Shown here: positions 34,485 through 38,029 of the stretch, piece after piece
Position numbering within the stretch: position 1 is the first letter of the stretch
How the letters are laid out: each line of letters starts with the position of its first letter
Source: an uncultured Bacilli bacterium
Lineage (GTDB): Bacteria; Bacillota_I; Bacilli_A; RF39; UBA660
DNA length: 38,029 nucleotides
Assembly: GCA_944332155.1 (NCBI GenBank)
Contig: CALVJM010000002.1
Coordinates: 1 to 38,029 of the forward strand
Reading direction: 5' to 3'
Position numbers and translations under genes: made by a program
Notes under the pieces: generated by a model
Seen by the model: only the letters and a program-made list of their open reading frames with translations
Database searches by the model: none
What the model was told of the DNA's origin: nothing

Positions 34485-34513
34485 AATATATACCCCCATA
34501 GGGGATTTGTCAA
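34485..34513 (-). promoter_or_regulatory. promoter of the CsoR-family gene with a C/G-tract pseudo-palindrome in the spacer
   Basis: The minus strand reads TTGACA-aatCCCCTATGGGGGta-TATATT with an exact 17-nt spacer. The spacer carries a CsoR-type operator-like C4-N3-G5 inverted repeat. Confidence 0.65.
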
Positions 34514-34678
34514 TAAAAAAACAAAGGTTTTTTAACACTTTATTTAAAAATAGATAATTGCAAATAGAAAACATATTATAGTTTAAAAATTCATTATTGA
34601 TAAAATACTAGATTTTTTAATAAATACAGTAACTTCACTTATTATCAAATTAGTAATGTTATTGTGTTAAATAATAAA

Positions 34679-35344
34679 TTAAACATCGTTTTTAAATAAA
34701 TGCCATGGTTTCCTTGTTGGTAATGGTAAAGTAAATGTCATTTTTTCTTTTGTTATAGGGTGATAAAAAGATAAACTGCTTGCGAATAAAGCAATTTGCT
34801 CTCCTACTTTAGCTTGTTTATTATATCGCTGATCACCATACAACGGATGATTACGACTACTAAATTGAACTCTTATTTGATGACTACGACCAGTCTTTAA
34901 ATGTATTTTTACTAAACTTAAATCTTCCTTAGGTAAATAGTTAATTATTTCATAGTCTAAAATAGCTTCTTTTCCATTTTTGTCAACTACAACCATATTG
35001 GTCTTAGTATCTTTAAGTAAATAGTCGTGTAATTGATCTTTTTCTTTTAGTTTTCCATACACAATAGCATGATATACTTTTTCTAGTTTATGAGTACGTA
35101 CTTGTTCACTTAAACGACTTGCCGCTTTACTTGTTTTAGCAAACACCATAACACCACCTACTGGGCGATCTAGACGGTGTACAAGCCCTAAATATACATT
35201 TCCTGGCTTATTATACCTTTTCTTCAAATCTTGCTTTAAAATGGTTAATAAATCCAAATCCTGTGTATAATCAGATTGAACTAATATATTAATAGGTTTC
35301 TCTACAACTAATAGATGATTATCTTCATATAAAATATTAATCAT
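34679..35344 (-). CDS. RluA-family pseudouridine synthase
   Basis: HRLDRPVGGVMVFAK and GRSHQIRVQ. The likely ATG at 35344 overlaps the upstream methyltransferase stop by 8 nt. Confidence 0.85.
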   Translation of the reverse strand: MINILYEDNHLLVVEKPINILVQSDYTQDLDLLTILKQDLKKRYNKPGNVYLGLVHRLDRPVGGVMVFAKTSKAASRLSEQVRTHKLEKVYHAIVYGKLKEKDQLHDYLLKDTKTNMVVVDKNGKEAILDYEIINYLPKEDLSLVKIHLKTGRSHQIRVQFSSRNHPLYGDQRYNKQAKVGEQIALFASSLSFYHPITKEKMTFTLPLPTRKPWHLFKNDV

Positions 35345-36212
35345 TAGATTCCCATCTTCCATAAATACCACATGGTAAAACTAAATTATTTTTAGTAATT
35401 GGTAATCCAACTTCACCAGCTTCTATACGACCTTCAGGATAAAATGGCAATAATGTAGTTTTTAAAATATTTTCTAATACAGTACTAGAAATACCTGTTG
35501 TATATGAATTAATTAAGAAAAGTAAAGGATTATCACTCAATATTTTAGTACATGCCTCTATTAATTTATATATATTATCTTCAAACTTCCATACCTCACC
35601 ATTTGGTCCTCTACCATAACTAGGAGGATCCATAATGATTACATCATATTTTCTTCCTCTACGCTCTTCACGCGCCACAAATTTTAAACAATCATCAACA
35701 ATAAAACGTATTTTATTATTTTCAAGATGAGATAAATCTCTATTTTCTTTGGCCCAACTAACCATTCCTTTAGAAGCATCCACATGAACAACTTCTTCGG
35801 CACCGGCCGCACTACAAGCCATGGTAGCTCCTCCTGTATAAGCAAATAAATTAAGTACTTTAATTGGTCTATTTGCTTTGCGAATCTTATTCATCATATA
35901 ATCCCAATTGGTTGCTTGTTCTGGGAATAATCCAGTATGTTTAAAATTAGTAGGACTAACTTTAAAAGTTAATTCTTTATAAGAAATTGTCCAATGATCT
36001 GGTAATTTCTTATAAAACTTCCATTCTCCTCCACCTTTACGACTACGAAAATAATGACCATCAACTCTTTTCCAAATCTCATCATAAGTATCAACTGTCC
36101 ATATAGCTTGAGGATCAGGTCTTCTCAAAATCACATTTCCCCATCGTTCTAACTTTTCGCCATTTCCAGCATCTAAACATTCATAATCTTTCCACTCATT
36201 ACTTATACGCAT
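35337..36212 (-). CDS. class I SAM-dependent (rRNA-type, RlmI/PF10672-like) methyltransferase
   Basis: VLNLFAYTGGATMACSAAGAEEVVHVDAS (motif I), DVIIMDPPSYGRG (motif IV), and the N-terminus W.DYE.LD.GNGEKLERWG...LRRPDPQAIW. Confidence 0.75.
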   Translation of the reverse strand: MRISNEWKDYECLDAGNGEKLERWGNVILRRPDPQAIWTVDTYDEIWKRVDGHYFRSRKGGGEWKFYKKLPDHWTISYKELTFKVSPTNFKHTGLFPEQATNWDYMMNKIRKANRPIKVLNLFAYTGGATMACSAAGAEEVVHVDASKGMVSWAKENRDLSHLENNKIRFIVDDCLKFVAREERRGRKYDVIIMDPPSYGRGPNGEVWKFEDNIYKLIEACTKILSDNPLLFLINSYTTGISSTVLENILKTTLLPFYPEGRIEAGEVGLPITKNNLVLPCGIYGRWESND

Positions 36213-36222
36213 AAGATCACCT

Positions 36223-36750
36223 CTATCTATAATCTTTATATACTTTAATATTTTCTCTCATTAATTCACGAAAAGAATCTAACTCTTTTTTCTTAAAACT
36301 ATTTTTACTTAATACATACACAACATGATTATATAAATATAAATAAAAATATTTTTCAGTCTCATAAACTCTAGCTACTCTAGAATATAAAATCTCTGTA
36401 TGAATCATTTTACCATCAATCTTAAAAGAATCACGGTAAAATTCATAATTAAAAGTAACTGAAGTAAAATTTTTCAATTGTTTTCTCTTTTGGATTGTAG
36501 GATTAACTAAAGAATAAATGAATAAAATACCACCTAATATCATCCATAATAAGCTAAAATATAAATCCATTTGTTCTTGACGAAAACAGAATAATAAAAT
36601 TCCCATCACAATCATAAAAATACTAATAACGATATTTTTAACGATTTTACCTTTTTGAATTTTATTAAAGTAAAAATCTAACCAATCATGTAAAACTGTA
36701 TCTGTTAATTTCGTTTTATTTTCAAATAAACATGGATTCATTATAACCAC
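36223..36750 (-). CDS. YcxB-like membrane protein
   Basis: Two central TM helices followed by F..D.F......I.YSRV.RVYETEKYFYLYL..HVVYVLSKNSF, as in PF14317. The true start may be the ATG at 36741. Confidence 0.5.
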   Translation of the reverse strand: MVIMNPCLFENKTKLTDTVLHDWLDFYFNKIQKGKIVKNIVISIFMIVMGILLFCFRQEQMDLYFSLLWMILGGILFIYSLVNPTIQKRKQLKNFTSVTFNYEFYRDSFKIDGKMIHTEILYSRVARVYETEKYFYLYLYNHVVYVLSKNSFKKKELDSFRELMRENIKVYKDYR

Positions 36751-36873
36751 TTCTTTCTACAACAATATTATAACATGGATAAGAAAAAATCCGAAGTTTG
36801 GATTTTAAATTATAGTTTATATTTTAACAATTTCGTGTACAATTACTTCTTACATTTATATGAGAATATATTA

Positions 36874-37359
36874 TTAATCAACTCTATTACAATTAATAAT
36901 TTCTTCTAATTCTTTATAAACAAAATCAACCTCTTCTTGTAATCCTTCTATTGCCACCACATTCATAACTGGCTCTATATATTCATCAATTTCAAATTTA
37001 ACATTATTTTTTTCAAAAACAAATCTATTTCTCTTTAATACCTTTTTATTTGTTAAATCTAAGATTTCTATTAAAGAATCAACAAATTCTTGATTATCAT
37101 CATTAACAACTAAGTCTTTTGTTTCTCTTGATATTTTTAAAGTTTTATCATTTAAATTATCATCCTTAAAATTTAATACTTTCTTCACATAATCACTATA
37201 AATATTTTCCGTAATACGTGCCATTACTGGACCACCATTTTTATATAATATACGTGTTTGTAAATACTCTTCTTTTTTTTCATATTCATTGAGAATACAA
37301 TATTGTACAAAATCCTTTATATCTTTTACTTTAAAACTATATTCATATTCTTTATTCAT
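36874..37359 (-). CDS. CYTH-like domain protein (divergent)
   Basis: The N-terminus EYEYSFKV (a degenerate ExExK) and the C-terminus RNRFVFEKNNVKFEIDEY..PVMNVVAIEG resemble the CYTH/CyaB-type triphosphate tunnel fold. Confidence 0.4.
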   Translation of the reverse strand: MNKEYEYSFKVKDIKDFVQYCILNEYEKKEEYLQTRILYKNGGPVMARITENIYSDYVKKVLNFKDDNLNDKTLKISRETKDLVVNDDNQEFVDSLIEILDLTNKKVLKRNRFVFEKNNVKFEIDEYIEPVMNVVAIEGLQEEVDFVYKELEEIINCNRVD

Positions 37360-37442
37360 TGTTTCTTTTCCTTTCTTATTATATTAATTATTAAAAAATT
37401 TCTCGTACTCTTTAGTCATATAGTTTTTATCAAATTGGATAC

Positions 37443-37475
37443 AAAAAAGCCCATAAATATACATTTATAGGGCTT
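37443..37475 (-). terminator. rho-independent terminator after rpsI
   Basis: The minus strand reads AAGCCC-TATAAATGTATATTTAT-GGGCTT followed by T6. Confidence 0.7.
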
Positions 37476-37482
37476 AAATATA

Positions 37483-37902
37483 TTAACGTTTTGAGAATTG
37501 TGGTGCACGACGTGCAGCTTTTAAACCTGGTTTCTTACGTTCTTTACTACGTGAATCACGAGTAATGAATCCAGCTTTCTTTAAAATTGAACGGAATGAA
37601 CCTTCATTTCCTTCATTTTCTTTATCATATTCTAATAACGCTCTAGCGATTCCTAAACGAATAGCTCCAGTTGCTCCAGTGAATCCTCCACCAGTTACTT
37701 TAGCATCAACGTCAAATGTTTCTTCTGTATTAGTTGCAACTAATGGTTGCATTAAATCCATAACGTTTGTTTCATAAGGAAAGAATTCTCTTACATCCAC
37801 TCCATTAACAGTAATTTTACCTTTACCAGGCGCTGTCATAATTACACGAGCAACAGATGATTTTCTTCTTCCTGTACCAGTAAATTTTCTAGTATTTGCC
37901 AT
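37483..37902 (-). CDS. rpsI: 30S ribosomal protein S9
   Basis: [30 protein letters not shown]-type core, and the C-terminus [31 protein letters not shown]. Confidence 0.95.
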   Translation of the reverse strand: MANTRKFTGTGRRKSSVARVIMTAPGKGKITVNGVDVREFFPYETNVMDLMQPLVATNTEETFDVDAKVTGGGFTGATGAIRLGIARALLEYDKENEGNEGSFRSILKKAGFITRDSRSKERKKPGLKAARRAPQFSKR

Positions 37903-37912
37903 AATTTCCTCC

Positions 37913-38029
37913 TTACTTAACTTTCATCTCTACAGGTTGTTGAGCAGCATGTGGATGCTCAGAACCAGCATAAACAAATAATTTTTTATACATTTGACGA
38001 CCTAATCTTCCTTTTGGAAGCATTCCTTT
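37913..38029 (-). CDS. rplM: 50S ribosomal protein L13 (3' end only; continues beyond the window)
   Basis: The reverse-strand translation [38 protein letters not shown] matches the conserved L13 C-terminus. It is absent from the ORF track because its start lies outside the window. Confidence 0.9.
   Translation of the reverse strand, partial: KGMLPKGRLGRQMYKKLFVYAGSEHPHAAQQPVEMKVK

Noticed and set aside
1-38029. CRISPR arrays, IS elements or transposases, integrases, prophage genes, rRNA and riboswitches
   Set aside because: Scanning the intergenic regions and the ORF translations showed no regularly spaced repeats, no DDE/tyrosine/serine recombinase motifs, and no GC-rich structured RNA islands other than the two tRNAs.

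Overview
A very AT-rich chromosomal segment, roughly 30% GC by eye, from a spore-forming low-GC Firmicute. The protein sequences look Erysipelotrichales/Clostridia-like, but I cannot verify that here. I support about 45 protein genes (most on the minus strand), 2 tRNAs (Val-UAC, Trp-CCA), about a dozen rho-independent terminators and several promoter/operator sites.

Content:
- Housekeeping genes: rplM (3' end), rpsI, trpS, two RluA-family pseudouridine synthases, an rRNA-type methyltransferase, ogt, htrA, hsp20.
- Sporulation and germination genes: CotS/YutH-like, CotY/CotZ-like, cwlD, a NodB-type deacetylase, a CwlJ/SleB-type hydrolase.
- Metal homeostasis: a CzrA/SmtB-like repressor with a P1B-type ATPase, and an orphan CsoR-family repressor.
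- Transporters: two ABC systems, DedA, DUF368, and a frameshifted CaCA antiporter.

I recognised no transposase, integrase, phage structural gene, rRNA or CRISPR array. I did not find a convincing new multi-gene system.

Best leads:
1. A class III Fic AMPylase followed directly by a MazG-like NTP pyrophosphatase, immediately downstream of tRNA-Trp.
2. An Abi_2 (AbiD/AbiF-like) gene inserted in the spore-cortex cluster and abutting htrA.
3. An orphan CsoR-family repressor that lacks the canonical His and second Cys ligands, with its C/G-tract operator in the spacer of its own promoter.
4. A solitary UvrD/helicase-IV-like helicase with an extra insert of about 150 aa, next to an orphan prepilin-like gene.
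5. A membrane-anchored His/Cys papain-like (PPPDE/DUF778-type) protein.
6. A coat-gene islet containing an unassignable 390-aa protein.

Several ORF-track starts were trimmed because the listed GTG/TTG lies inside the Shine-Dalgarno (SD) sequence of a downstream ATG. All motif coordinates were counted by hand and may be off by 1-2 nt.
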